64,000 nucleotides of DNA, taken from assembly GCA_021323855.1 (NCBI GenBank), contig JAJPKE010000005.1:137346-201345 (forward strand), given 5' to 3'. Numbering within the stretch: position 1 is the first letter of the stretch; each line of letters starts with the position of its first letter. Source of the stretch: Chloroflexota bacterium (GTDB lineage Bacteria; Chloroflexota; Ktedonobacteria; Ktedonobacterales; JADMIN01). This document shows positions 27,573 through 37,831 of this stretch, piece after piece. Below the pieces are notes generated by a model, which did not search any database, was not told the origin of the DNA, and saw only the letters and a program-made list of their open reading frames with translations. The translations under genes and the position numbers were made by a program.

Positions 27573-27748
27573 GAGTATCAATAGTCTTAGCCATCCTCTA
27601 GGGTAGCGGCGTTCGTTACACTCGTCTTGCATCTCTTTGTTTGGTGGGATACAATCAACCCAATGAGAGACTGCGGTTTCCTGTGTAGATAAGGGATACC
27701 GATTTTTATCGGCTGGTCGTCAAAAACACAGAAACCAACAGACTTTGT

Positions 27749-27821
27749 GGGGCTGTAGCTCAGGGGAAAGAGCGTCGGTTTCCTAAACCGTGTGTCGCAG
27801 GTTCGAATCCTGTCAGCCCCA
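27749..27821 (+). tRNA. tRNA-Arg (anticodon CCT)
   Basis: Hand-folded, 73 nt. Acceptor GGGGCTG/CAGCCCC, anticodon loop TTCCTAA, T-loop TTCGAAT. One U-U at the base of the anticodon stem. Confidence 0.85.
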
Positions 27822-28378
27822 CCCCCAATTTTCCCAGCGCCGTTCTGTGCTGCTAACCCAGTCAGATTTCTGCCCGGCACCCGCTCTAATCTTCTGGTAC
27901 ACTTTTGCTGTTCCTTCAATGTTCTCAATATTTGCTCAATGGGAGAACAGGCGCACAATGGACCTAGCAACCTCTACCACAACAGTTCACAACGGCTAAC
28001 TGTGGCGTATTGCTACAAGACCAGGCACGACCAACGTTGCTTGATTGTAGAGAAATAGCTCCTCAAGTGGATGGCTATTTCTCACGTTAGCTGTTGCCTC
28101 TCTCCGGCTTGGCGCAAACGCCCTCCCTCCATCAGTCCCCACTATCATCGCTATCGTCGGCACAAGCGCCAGGCAGCTCCACCCTAATGAGCTGCCCGCT
28201 AGCTCATAGTCTCTGCTCGTCTCGCATATCTCTTCAGAACGAGAAGTAGGTGGCCCCTATGCTTCGTGGGAGCAGGAAGAGCGCGAACTGCCGACGACCG
28301 GACTCATGGAAGCGCAAAGGGCATTGGTGTCAGCGCAAGAGAGAAGGCAGTGAAGAACATGAAGAGAGTGTTGCTTCT

Positions 28379-29047
28379 ATGCCAAGAAGAAAGTTGGACC
28401 GTTTCCCTGTTGACCTCCCCTGTGATGAGGCGTTGCGGCGCTACTATCGTAGCTACGATGGCGCGACCCTTTACCACCGGCCAGCCGCCTTGCCTGATAT
28501 CACGTCGCGCAGCCTCTTTGGTAACGCGCGGCCCCTTGTGCTGGACCTGGGCTGCGGGCGCGGCGAATACCTGCTAGCCCAGGCGCAACGCCATCCCAGC
28601 TACAACTATGTTGGCCTGGATTGGCAGCGCAAGTATCTCTACGATGCAGTCAACCACGCCGTCAGGCTTGATCTGCCCAATGTCCTCTTTCTGCGGACCG
28701 ATTTGCGTCAGGCGATGTGCAAGGTTCCCTCCGAGGCCGCCAGCGCGCTCTTGCTGCTGTTTCCTCCGCCGGTGGTGAAGCACAAACATCAGCGCAAAGA
28801 CCTGCTCACCGAGGCATTCGTCGCTGAGCTTGTGCGCATCCTCATGCCAGGGGGCACGCTCACGTTCGTTACCGATCACCGCCTGTACTTTGCGCAGAAA
28901 CGCCTGCTGTTTGAGCGACACCTGTGCTGTACGCTGGCGAGCGAAGGATTCGAGGGCGGCCAGACATGGTTTCAGCAGGTCTGGGAACGGCATGGGCTGC
29001 CGTCGCTCCGTGCTGAATACCAGAAAGTTGGCAGCGAGCGCCGCTAA
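28379..29047 (+). CDS. trmB: tRNA (guanine46-N7)-methyltransferase
   Basis: Start at ATG 28379 (MPRRKLDRF). SAM motif VLDLGCGRGEYLL. PPPVVKHKHQRKDL typical of TrmB. Confidence 0.8.
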   Translation: MPRRKLDRFPVDLPCDEALRRYYRSYDGATLYHRPAALPDITSRSLFGNARPLVLDLGCGRGEYLLAQAQRHPSYNYVGLDWQRKYLYDAVNHAVRLDLPNVLFLRTDLRQAMCKVPSEAASALLLLFPPPVVKHKHQRKDLLTEAFVAELVRILMPGGTLTFVTDHRLYFAQKRLLFERHLCCTLASEGFEGGQTWFQQVWERHGLPSLRAEYQKVGSERR

Positions 29048-29251
29048 CCAGCATTCTCCTGGTGGAGAGTAGATGAGTCGTTCGTCGCGTGAGACGACTC
29101 GGCATCACACGAAGTGACCGTCATGGTGGGCATGCCTGCGCGGAGTAGCGGAGCATATGATGAGGCGAGTGAGACAGCGGCGCCTCATGGCTGGCATCGG
29201 CTTGGCGCAGGCGTTCTATGACCAGCGTAAGGCGGCTGGACTACGGCGCGC

Positions 29252-29683
29252 TTAGCTCTTGGCAGTTTTGCCCTCTTTGCCCCCTTTGCCCGCTTTGGCC
29301 ATCTTGTTTGCTTTGGCTGCGGCGCGATTGAGGTTCTCGGCTACCCGGAACTTCACGATTTTGCTCACCAATTCCAGCGGAAGCGGTTCGTCGAGCGGGA
29401 ACTGTATCGCTCCTGGCGTGCTTTTATAGGGAGCCAATTCCTGCTGAAATGCCGCAACTCCGCTTGACGTTGGGTAGAATCCGATATGGTTCTTCAATGC
29501 AGCGAAATAAACGAGATTGCCCTTCAGCGCAAACGCCGGCATTTGATAGCTGATGCGCTCCTCCGCGTCAGGCGCGGCGGCCCGTATGGTTGCCCGCAGT
29601 GTTTCGAGCTTTGCCTGGATATCCTCAGGGAAGGTAGCGATATACTCATCAATAGAACTACAGTTGGCTTTTTGACTGGTCAT
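29252..29683 (-). CDS. DUF1801 (YdhG-like) domain protein
   Basis: 143-aa ORF. IDEYIATFPEDIQAKLETLRATIRAAAPDAEERISYQMPAF pattern. Confidence 0.7.
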   Translation of the reverse strand: MTSQKANCSSIDEYIATFPEDIQAKLETLRATIRAAAPDAEERISYQMPAFALKGNLVYFAALKNHIGFYPTSSGVAAFQQELAPYKSTPGAIQFPLDEPLPLELVSKIVKFRVAENLNRAAAKANKMAKAGKGGKEGKTAKS

Positions 29684-30042
29684 CCCACTTTTCCTCCTCT
29701 TGCCTGCTGTTAATTTGGAACATAGCCGTCCAATACACGACTGACCTGTCTGGCAAGCTGATATTGCCCTTCTAGCAATCTCCCCACAAGTCTCTATTCT
29801 ACTGTATAGCGCCCTTTGCAGTATTGTTATCAGTCCGCCAGCGGCTTATGAAGCGCCATGAGCAAGGCGCCCCTAAACCACACCACTGGCTACGCTCCGC
29901 AGCTAATTCCTCTTGCGCTGGTCATTAAGGCAGCATTTACACAAACATCTTCCGCCGTTAACACACAGGAAGCACACTGTTCAAGGTTACGTATTTGTTC
30001 CTAACCCTCGCATGACTACCATGCAGGAAAGGATGTGCTTTT

Positions 30043-31125
30043 GTGAAGAGTGCTATATCCCCCCGAATTCGGATTCTCTCCGGATTCGCGCTGCTTGTGG
30101 CTCTGGTCGCGCTGCTCTCTGGCTGTGCGACCTCCTCGTCTACGAGTACGAACGCCACACCACCCGCCAACGGCCCTCTCAGCCAGCTAGCGGCGCTGCC
30201 GGGCTATCAGGTCTCTGTGTTCGCCCAGGGGACGCAGAGCTACTTTGGCCCTGACTCTCTGGTGGACGATGGTACTCACATCTTTATTGACTATCAGAAT
30301 AAGACCGCGAAAGATTGTACCGATGCAGCAACCGCCAACAGCACCATCGTCGAGTACACACTGCAAGGCAAAGTGGTCACAACCTTCAATATCCCTGGGC
30401 ATAGCGATGGCATGCGGGAAGACCCTAGCACCCGTCTGCTCTGGGTTACGTCCTGCGAAGATGGCAACCCGCGTTTCGTCACACTAGACCCTACTTCTGG
30501 CACGATTACGCCCTATACATTTGCTCCCACACCACATGGCGGCGGCTATGATGATCTGGCGTTTGTCAATGGCATGGCTTTCATCGCAGCTTCCAATCCC
30601 AACCTCAACGCCGCTGGGGTAAACGTCTTCCCCGCCGTGGATGAGATGACCCTCAGCGGTGGCACAGTGACGCTGAAGCCGATCCTCATGGGGAATGCGA
30701 GCGCAACTGATCTCGTCAGTAAGAGTACCGTTACCCTCAATGAAGTCGATCCTGATTCGATGACCGTTGACCCGCAGGGCAACCTGGTGCTGGTGAATCA
30801 GGCGGGATCGGAACTGGTCTTTATTAGCAACCCTGGTACACCGCAGCAATCGGTCTCTCGTTTGCTCGTCGGCGACCAACTCGATGATACCGTCTTCGCG
30901 CCGCGATCGGGGCGACTGCTCGTTGCTGATGGTGTGACAAACACTACATACTGGATCCGCAGCACCTTTGTGCCCAACTCGGTTAACCATTACCTCTATA
31001 CCGAGGCACCAGATGATTCGGGCACAGTTGGCTTTGTAGGTACGGTTGATCCTACCACAGGGTTAGTGACGCCCGCTGTTATCGGCCTGACTCATCCAAC
31101 GGGCATGATCTTCGTACCAGACTAG
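30043..31125 (+). CDS. Putative lipoprotein, beta-rich secreted protein
   Basis: GTG start. Signal peptide with lipobox LLSGC. No catalytic motif recognised. Confidence 0.6.
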   Translation: MKSAISPRIRILSGFALLVALVALLSGCATSSSTSTNATPPANGPLSQLAALPGYQVSVFAQGTQSYFGPDSLVDDGTHIFIDYQNKTAKDCTDAATANSTIVEYTLQGKVVTTFNIPGHSDGMREDPSTRLLWVTSCEDGNPRFVTLDPTSGTITPYTFAPTPHGGGYDDLAFVNGMAFIAASNPNLNAAGVNVFPAVDEMTLSGGTVTLKPILMGNASATDLVSKSTVTLNEVDPDSMTVDPQGNLVLVNQAGSELVFISNPGTPQQSVSRLLVGDQLDDTVFAPRSGRLLVADGVTNTTYWIRSTFVPNSVNHYLYTEAPDDSGTVGFVGTVDPTTGLVTPAVIGLTHPTGMIFVPD

Positions 31126-31300
31126 CACACGGCATCTCTCTACGAGCAACGTAAACCCCTGACTTGAAGAGCGGGATGGAACAGGAATCGTGAAGGTTCC
31201 TGTTCCAACCGACACCTTTCATTTAGGAAATGTGAGAAAACATACCACCTCATCACGGATTTTTCAGGTTTTTCGCAAGAAGGAACCGCATCAAAACTCG

Positions 31301-31930
31301 TTATCTGCCCACCAGTAGCTTGAGCCACGGATGCTCTGGATACGCCATGAGCAAGGCATCCCTGAGCCACTGACGACGCTCCGCAGAGAGCGCAGGCAAC
31401 GTTTGAGTGAAGTCGGCTTCGTCCTTTGCGCGGGGACTTTTGGCCTTGTAGAGCAACTGAATCTCTGGGGCCAGATAGGGAATGCCGGCTGGGGTAATGC
31501 TTCCTAGCGTAGCTATTGTGCGCTCAATCGTTGGCATGCGGCGAAAGAGCCACCGATCATCGTGAGTATCAGCCACCATCAACTGAATTGCCCACGGCTG
31601 CGCCGCACTAGGACGGCACCAGATATCATGGATGGCTGGCTCGAGCATTTCACCTTGACCCCAGACGCGAAACGGCCATGTCTCATCTCGCGGCGGCGGG
31701 AGGGCAGCCTGCATGTCCCAGGTAGCGAACAGTGAGCGAACGGCGGCGTGATCCCGCCGGAGAATCAGCACATCAATGTCCTCATGCTCGCGCGTCTGTC
31801 TTCCCAGGAAAAGGTCAATAGCCCATCCTCCTGCTATCCACCAGGGAGCGGAGAGAGGCGCAAAGAATGCCGCTACCTGTGGCGGGCGCCAGGGTTGCCA
31901 CGTTCCCAATGGATGAGATTTACCCATCAT
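31301..31930 (-). CDS. Nucleotidyltransferase-fold protein (ANT(2'')/lincosamide NTase-like)
   Basis: 209-aa ORF. WWIAGGWAIDLFLGRQTREHEDIDVLI resembles the aminoglycoside-2''-adenylyltransferase family. Confidence 0.6.
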   Translation of the reverse strand: MMGKSHPLGTWQPWRPPQVAAFFAPLSAPWWIAGGWAIDLFLGRQTREHEDIDVLILRRDHAAVRSLFATWDMQAALPPPRDETWPFRVWGQGEMLEPAIHDIWCRPSAAQPWAIQLMVADTHDDRWLFRRMPTIERTIATLGSITPAGIPYLAPEIQLLYKAKSPRAKDEADFTQTLPALSAERRQWLRDALLMAYPEHPWLKLLVGR

Positions 31931-32151
31931 TTGTGCCCCTTTTTGTTCAATTCTCTCTACTGATTACGAGCTCATGCCACATCTCAACACTTCTGCCGGT
32001 GATTCCGTGGTTTTGCCCCTTCTCTCGCGTCTGGCGGTCTCTCTATACTGAGACACTGAAATGCTGAGACGCAACTGAGCTACACCAGGTGAGGTGAGGG
32101 CTGAAGTGGAAACCGCCGCATACGCACATACCGGCAGAAAGAGGATACGCG

Positions 32152-33081
32152 ATGTCACTCAAAGGCTTTGGCGGATTTGTCTATACACTGTTCGGGGTGT
32201 TCATTCTCTCAACGCTCTGGGTCACGTCGCTGACGATCCTCTCTGCTCGCCCCAATGCGACGGCTATGCTGGCGGATGCCGGAGCCAACCTCTTGAATCC
32301 GTTCCTGGTGGGGCATGGTGATCTGGGACTCAGCCAGACGACCTATACGAGGCTCGAAGCCAGCGCCAGGGCGCATCCCTCGCAGCCCATCACGCTGCCG
32401 GTCCTCAAAGTGCGGGTGCTTGGCCGGGAGATTGTGGGCAAATCGTATGCCGGGGTGGTCGAACTCGTATACAGCCGGGTGGCGGAGGGCTATTACGATG
32501 GTGGAACCGCCGCCGTCTTTGATGTGCCGTCGCAGTTACAGGCCGTGCTGCCGAATTTCGCGCTCTTCAACCCCAACAATATTCCGCTCGTTCCCGGCGG
32601 ACCAACCCCAGCGCAGCTTCCGGTGTTCCTTCAGCCGTTTGTGACATTTGTTGGCTTGACGCCCGACACACTGACCGCAGCAGGTCATCAGAAAATACTC
32701 AATCTGTTGCCCTGGTTCTGGATTGCGCTGGTGGCGCTTGGCGTGCTGGCGGTGCTGTTGAATCATAGCGAGCAGAAATTGATGGGCCTGGCAAAGGGGA
32801 CGATGCACGGCGCGTGGCCGGTCGTCGCCATCCTGCTGTTGCTCTGGGTGCTGTCGCTCTTCTTCAGCAAGCCGTTCATGCCCTATATTGGCATGTTGGG
32901 ACTCATCAGCCGCGCGTTTCTCCCAGTTTACGGAACCGCTTTTGCCGTCGGGCTGATCGGTGTCATCATGACACGCGTTCTCGCCTCGCGCAATACGAGC
33001 GGAGACACGAAGGCGAAACAGGATGAAGCGGTGAAAATACCCGAATCTATAGCAGCCAATACTGCGCATGCCCTGCGGTGA
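32152..33081 (+). CDS. Integral membrane protein, unknown function
   Basis: 309-aa ORF with several hydrophobic spans. Confidence 0.55.
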   Translation: MSLKGFGGFVYTLFGVFILSTLWVTSLTILSARPNATAMLADAGANLLNPFLVGHGDLGLSQTTYTRLEASARAHPSQPITLPVLKVRVLGREIVGKSYAGVVELVYSRVAEGYYDGGTAAVFDVPSQLQAVLPNFALFNPNNIPLVPGGPTPAQLPVFLQPFVTFVGLTPDTLTAAGHQKILNLLPWFWIALVALGVLAVLLNHSEQKLMGLAKGTMHGAWPVVAILLLLWVLSLFFSKPFMPYIGMLGLISRAFLPVYGTAFAVGLIGVIMTRVLASRNTSGDTKAKQDEAVKIPESIAANTAHALR

Positions 33082-33209
33082 TGAACTGGTGTATCATTCT
33101 GCCCGGTAGCGCGGACATTCCTGTCTGCGGCACCCGGTGAAAACAGACGAGTCTTCGCCAGCCTGTAGAGAAGGCCAGCGAAGACTCCATGATGGTAGAG
33201 TGGGGTCAC

Positions 33210-33980
33210 TTAGTAAATGAAGCTGACACCCCAGCCAGTGTGCGAGGTGCGATAGCTGAATACGCCGAAACCGCCGCCGAAGCCGTAGTAGTTCATCTCT
33301 TCAACGAGGAACGTTCCGTTGCCATACACGGCGACGACATGCGCCACATGGCCGAGGGCGCTGGCGCCCTGTACGCCCGGCTGATAAACAACCGTCGCGC
33401 CGACACGCGGGGTATAGCCCGTTGGCAGGCCACGCGCCTGCGCATTGGCGAACCAATCCTTGGCATTGCCGAGATAGCTCACATTATCCCAGGACAGGCG
33501 GGCAGCGCCCCAGGTGCATTGCCCGAACGGGTAGCCAGCGGTGTTCCCGCCGCCGCCACGATTCACGACGCCGCCACCGGAATTGTTGCTACTGCTACCA
33601 CCGGCGCTGCGGTCGTCGGCATCGCCATCTGGCTCGTGCTCGCCACCAGTGGTCGCGGCTGTGTGGCCGCCTGTGGTGGCCGCTGCTGTGCCACTTGTGC
33701 CATTAGGCACGAATCCGGGGTTGAGCGATACGGCACGCCCATTGACGTAATGGTAATGCTGCGTGCAGTGATAGATCCCGCTGGAAAAGCCGAAGCAGAA
33801 CCACCCATTGGAGAGGTAGTTCCCATAGCGGAAGTCACGCGAGGAAGGCGCAGATTGGGCAGTCGCGGCTGCCGCATGCGCTGTATGCAGGCCACTAAAC
33901 AACGCGCTACCAAGCAACAAGGCCATGACAGCCGTTCCTACAAGGGACAAACGCCGAAAGCGAATGGTATACATTCTCAC
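33210..33980 (-). CDS. Secreted CHAP-domain peptidoglycan hydrolase
   Basis: Signal peptide. C-terminal YPFGQCTWGAA (Cys) and GHVAHVVAV (His) CHAP motifs. Confidence 0.8.
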   Translation of the reverse strand: MRMYTIRFRRLSLVGTAVMALLLGSALFSGLHTAHAAAATAQSAPSSRDFRYGNYLSNGWFCFGFSSGIYHCTQHYHYVNGRAVSLNPGFVPNGTSGTAAATTGGHTAATTGGEHEPDGDADDRSAGGSSSNNSGGGVVNRGGGGNTAGYPFGQCTWGAARLSWDNVSYLGNAKDWFANAQARGLPTGYTPRVGATVVYQPGVQGASALGHVAHVVAVYGNGTFLVEEMNYYGFGGGFGVFSYRTSHTGWGVSFIY

Positions 33981-34491
33981 TCCAAACTACTGTCTAGCGT
34001 CACTATGGCGCTAAACGCTACTACGTCCAGTTCCTTTCTCTACCACTGTCTGGCAACTGGTAGATGCCACGTAGCTCCAGGCGCACGCAGATGCGCGTCT
34101 AGAACATTACTCTACCGTTACACAACCTGCGCATTCTAGCACCTCGCGGAAATGGCACAGTACCATTGGAGTACCGCTCAGTTTTACAGCACATCATTTT
34201 CCAGCTTCAGCATGGCGATTCATCGGAATAGATTGTCATTTCGGTATTCCTGCTTCCTTCAATGGAATAGCCCTTCTCTGCGCGGCGATTTCCCACTCTT
34301 TTCTGGTCTCTATTTGACCCTGGATTGAACCTTTGGGCATGCTTCCCCCACCTATTTCATGAGTCTGGTATCCGGATAGCTTTTCTGGCTCACATAGCTA
34401 ACAAGACCTTGCGCGTTGATGTTTGTGATGATGTTTGCAGATTTGCAGGTTGGCAAACCAGTGGAGAAGCGGATGGTGCGTGTGAGGGAAT

Positions 34492-35079
34492 ATGACTGCT
34501 GACCACGCGACCCTGCTGGCGTTGATCGCGGCAGGCGACGAAGATGCCTTGCATCAGCTCTACGTCGCCTATCGTCCACGCCTGCGCCCATACCTCTGGC
34601 ATCAGCTTGGGGGCGACGCACAGGCGGTGGAGGAGACGTTCCAGGATATCTTCCTCGCCGTCTGGCGAACGGCGGGCGCGTATCGTGGCGAAGCAAAGGT
34701 GGCCAGTTGGATATTCCAGATTGCGCACTACCTGGTGATCCACAAGCGCCGCACATTGGCGCGCTATGCCAATGATGTCTCTGCCGATGAGCTGGATGCC
34801 GAGGATGCTTCGCAAGCGATCTGGCTGGGCAATTCTCCTGAAGAGGAGATTGTGGGCAGGCTGGCGCTGGGGGAGGCGCTGCGGCGTCTTTCGCCTAAAC
34901 ACCGTGAGGTACTCGATCTCGTCTCACGGCAGGGCTTCTCCCTGGAAGAAACCGCCCATATTCTCGATGTGCCCACCGGCACCGTCAAGAGCCGGTTAAA
35001 TTATGCGCGCAAAGCGCTCGTCCGGGAACTGTCCTCGCATTCGCTGGAGTCGCTGGAGGGGATTCGCCATGACGCCTGA
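34492..35079 (+). CDS. ECF-type RNA polymerase sigma factor
   Basis: 195-aa ORF. Region 2 (FQDIFLAVWRTAGAYRGEAKVASWIFQIAHY) and region 4 (LSPKHREVLDLVSRQGFSLEETAHILDVPTGTVKSRL). Confidence 0.9.
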   Translation: MTADHATLLALIAAGDEDALHQLYVAYRPRLRPYLWHQLGGDAQAVEETFQDIFLAVWRTAGAYRGEAKVASWIFQIAHYLVIHKRRTLARYANDVSADELDAEDASQAIWLGNSPEEEIVGRLALGEALRRLSPKHREVLDLVSRQGFSLEETAHILDVPTGTVKSRLNYARKALVRELSSHSLESLEGIRHDA

Positions 35080-36733
35080 TGTCACCTGTTCGTGGTGCCG
35101 TGAACACCTCCCCTGGTATGCGAACGGTCAGCTTGCGCCCGAAGAGCGCGCACGCATAGATCGGCACCTCGCCACCTGTGTGGCCTGCCAGCAGGAGTTT
35201 GCTCTCTGGCGCGCCATCACCGGCACGCTGGAAGACGCTGACCGCGCGCTTCCGGTGGACACGGCGGCGGAGGCAACCTGGGCGGCGCTGCGCACCCGTC
35301 TGCCGGGGCAACGCCTGCTCATCACCACACGAGACGCGCATACCAGAGAAAGAGCAGACGATCTCGTGGAAAATAGACAATCGAACCAATCAAGTTATTC
35401 TACACATCCTACCCACCGCTCACGCCCAGTGATATCCGGCAAACCGCCGCGCAGGCGTTCGCTGCTGGCGGTGGGCGCGTTTGCGCTGGTGATTGCGCTG
35501 AGTGTGGCGGTGTTCGGGGTCATTGGCCCACAGCTTCGCGGCCATCGTGGCGCTGGACCGCAGGCAAAGACGACCGCAACCCCAGCGCCCTGCGCGACCA
35601 GCCAGCTCAAGGCGCACCTGCCCCAGTACGGCTCGGTGCGCAGCATTTCGATGGTCTCTGCGCGCGACGGCTGGGCCGTTGGTGATATCTGGAACCCCAA
35701 CGGGACTACTGCTCCGCGCACGCTGATCCTGCATTTCCAGGATTGCCAGTGGACGCCGATAGCAAGCAGCATTCCCACAGCGGAGCTCAACCAGATATCA
35801 ATGGTCTCGGCAAACGAGGGGTGGGCGGTTGGTTCAACGGATATGCCCGACCCAATTACTGATAATGGGCAGAAGCGCAACGATTGGCTCACCGACCGGC
35901 TGATCGTGCTGCACTATAGCAATGGACAATGGCAGCAGGCGAGCGTTCCCGGCGATGCGCAGATGATAGAGGCGCAGGTCCAGATGACTGCGACTGGCGA
36001 GGGTTGGATGCTGGTGGATCATGGGAAGACCCACCCCACGCCTTACACTATAGCGGAAGGGTATACGTTGCTCCACTACCAGAACGGCGTATGGACGCCA
36101 CAATCTATGTCATTCGATGTGCCCTCGATGCTCCTCTTTGGCTTCTCCGTCACGCCGGACGGCACCTGCTGGCTCGCCGGTTACGATACCAATAGCCCGT
36201 GGGGCGGGGTCATCGCCACGTATCAGAACGGCCAGTGGCAGACCTGGAAAGGGTCTATCGTTGGCAGGCTCTCACCGTCGTTTTATACCATTACGGCGCT
36301 CTCCAACCAGAACGTTTGGGTTGGTGGCTCGAACTATTATCAGGACGCGACCGGCGACCATAACGCATCGCTCATCCTGCATTACGACGGAGCAAGCTGG
36401 ACACAGGCGCAGTTGCCACCGGACCCCAACGCGAACATGGGACCCGGCGACGTAATGAGCATGACGATGATCTCACCGACTGAGGGATGGGCTTTTGAGG
36501 ATACCGTGCCCGGCGCTGAAACATCTCTCTTACACTACAGCAATGGGCAATGGCAATGGAAGTATCTTCCGCTTACTGGGGGCCAATTCGTCTCAGGCTT
36601 AACGATGGCAACGCCGACGCAGGGGTGGGCCATTGTGAATGTCTATGAGTCAGATAGCGCCACCTCGATGTCGTTTCCAGTCGGCTCGTTTGTCTACTAC
36701 AACAACGGCACGTGGACGCCTATTGGCGGATAA
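35069..36733 (+). CDS. Anti-sigma factor (zf-HC2) with TM segment and extracytoplasmic Ycf48/BNR-like beta-propeller
   Basis: ATG 35069 overlaps the sigma gene stop. CSWCREHL...HLATCVACQ. Seven W-containing blade motifs (DGWAVG, EGWAVG, EGWMLV, TCWLAG, NVWVGG, EGWAFE, QGWAIV). Confidence 0.8.
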   Translation: MTPDVTCSWCREHLPWYANGQLAPEERARIDRHLATCVACQQEFALWRAITGTLEDADRALPVDTAAEATWAALRTRLPGQRLLITTRDAHTRERADDLVENRQSNQSSYSTHPTHRSRPVISGKPPRRRSLLAVGAFALVIALSVAVFGVIGPQLRGHRGAGPQAKTTATPAPCATSQLKAHLPQYGSVRSISMVSARDGWAVGDIWNPNGTTAPRTLILHFQDCQWTPIASSIPTAELNQISMVSANEGWAVGSTDMPDPITDNGQKRNDWLTDRLIVLHYSNGQWQQASVPGDAQMIEAQVQMTATGEGWMLVDHGKTHPTPYTIAEGYTLLHYQNGVWTPQSMSFDVPSMLLFGFSVTPDGTCWLAGYDTNSPWGGVIATYQNGQWQTWKGSIVGRLSPSFYTITALSNQNVWVGGSNYYQDATGDHNASLILHYDGASWTQAQLPPDPNANMGPGDVMSMTMISPTEGWAFEDTVPGAETSLLHYSNGQWQWKYLPLTGGQFVSGLTMATPTQGWAIVNVYESDSATSMSFPVGSFVYYNNGTWTPIGG

Positions 36734-36735
36734 TG

Positions 36736-36790
36736 CCCCCACCCCCAGCCCCTCCCCCGTGCGCGGGAGAGGGGAGTGCGGGCGCTGGTA
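36736..36790. repeat. Family A GC-rich palindromic element (first hairpin only)
   Basis: CCCCACCCCCAGCCCCTCCCCCGTGCGCGGGAGAGGGGA directly after the stop at 36733. Confidence 0.8.
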
Positions 36791-36868
36791 GGCAATCCGG
36801 CGCAGGCGAGGGGACAGAGGCCGGTCTCTCGTGTGCGTGGTTTCAACCAACGCCCCCAATGGGCAGAT

Positions 36869-37831
36869 TCATTCGCTGGTTTTGTTGCGGCGCAGCAGGG
36901 GTTCGTTGAGCGAGCCGGTGCGGTAGCCTTGTAAGTCCAGCGTGACGAAGGGATAACCAGCAGCGCGCACATCAGTGACGATACGCTGGCGCAGGTCGGG
37001 GTCCAGCAGGCGCGGAAACTCGGCGGGGTCAATCTCGATGCGCGCCACCTTCTCATGATGGCGCACACGCACCTGGCGGAAGCCCAGCCTGCGCAGCGCC
37101 CGTTCCGCGCGCCCAATCTGCGCCAGCGCCTCCACCGTCACCGGCGTACCGTAGGGGATGCGTGAGGAGTAGCAAGCCATCGCTGGCTTATCCCAGACAG
37201 AGAGACCCAGATAGCGCGCCAGTTCGCGTATTTCGTCCTTGCCCATCTCCGCCTCATCGAGCGGCGCCCGCACGCCACGTTCACGCGCCGCACGCTGGCC
37301 GGGCCGCCAATCGCCACGGTCGTCGCGGTTCATGCCATAGGCAATCTGTGCCAGCCCCAGGCGTTTCGCCACCGGTTCCAAATGATCGAAGAGTTCGGTT
37401 TTGCAGAAGTAACAACGGTCCGCGCCATTGGCGGCGTAGCGCGGATCATCGAGTTCATTCGTCTCCACACGCACCAGTCGCGCGCCCATCTCCTCCGCCG
37501 CGCGCACCGCCTTCGCCGTCTCCTCATCGTCATAGGCCGGTGACGAGGCCAGCGCACCAGCCGCCCGCTCCGTGCCCAGCGTATCCGTCGCCACTTTGAG
37601 CAGCAACGCGCTATCTACCCCGCCGGAATATGCCACCAGCACGGAGCTGAGGTCGCGCAGAATGGCTTGCAAGCGCGCATAGGCACGCGCCGTCTCTGGG
37701 GAGAGCGCATGTTCCGCCGCACGCTTATTTAGCGGCGCGGCGCTGGTCTGTTCTCTGCGAACGGTGTCTGTGTCGTCCGGAGCATGTATGCCATTGGTAG
37801 CATTGGTAGTGTTGGTATCGTCAAGGGTCAT
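36869..37831 (-). CDS. larE: PP-loop ATP-pyrophosphatase, LarE-like sulfur transferase
   Basis: 320-aa ORF. VAYSGGVDSALLL PP-loop, CYFCK. Family TIGR00268-like. Confidence 0.7.
   Translation of the reverse strand: MTLDDTNTTNATNGIHAPDDTDTVRREQTSAAPLNKRAAEHALSPETARAYARLQAILRDLSSVLVAYSGGVDSALLLKVATDTLGTERAAGALASSPAYDDEETAKAVRAAEEMGARLVRVETNELDDPRYAANGADRCYFCKTELFDHLEPVAKRLGLAQIAYGMNRDDRGDWRPGQRAARERGVRAPLDEAEMGKDEIRELARYLGLSVWDKPAMACYSSRIPYGTPVTVEALAQIGRAERALRRLGFRQVRVRHHEKVARIEIDPAEFPRLLDPDLRQRIVTDVRAAGYPFVTLDLQGYRTGSLNEPLLRRNKTSE

Larger units (their letters stand above)
26291..27680 (-). mobile_element. IS200/IS605-family, TnpB-only (IS1341-like) element; ends approximate
   Basis: Contains tnpB only. 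Left boundary placed where the tRNA-like sequence stops (26290/26291). Right boundary not determined. AT-richer than flanks. Confidence 0.5.

Noticed and set aside
27600-27748. The 3' half of the interrupted tRNA on the right side of the TnpB element (for example CAACCCA at about 27662 as an acceptor 3' strand).
   Set aside because: No T-arm (GTTCGAATC-like) and no stem complementary to GTAGT is present. Only a 10-nt anticodon-arm-like match (GCGGTTTCCT) was found, so the empty-site reconstruction is not supported from this window alone.
33981-34320. ydaO / c-di-AMP riboswitch upstream of the CHAP hydrolase.
   Set aside because: I could not find the conserved ACGGGG / GGGGA-CC / CCGAAUCC-type elements on the gene strand. 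Only generic hairpins are present.
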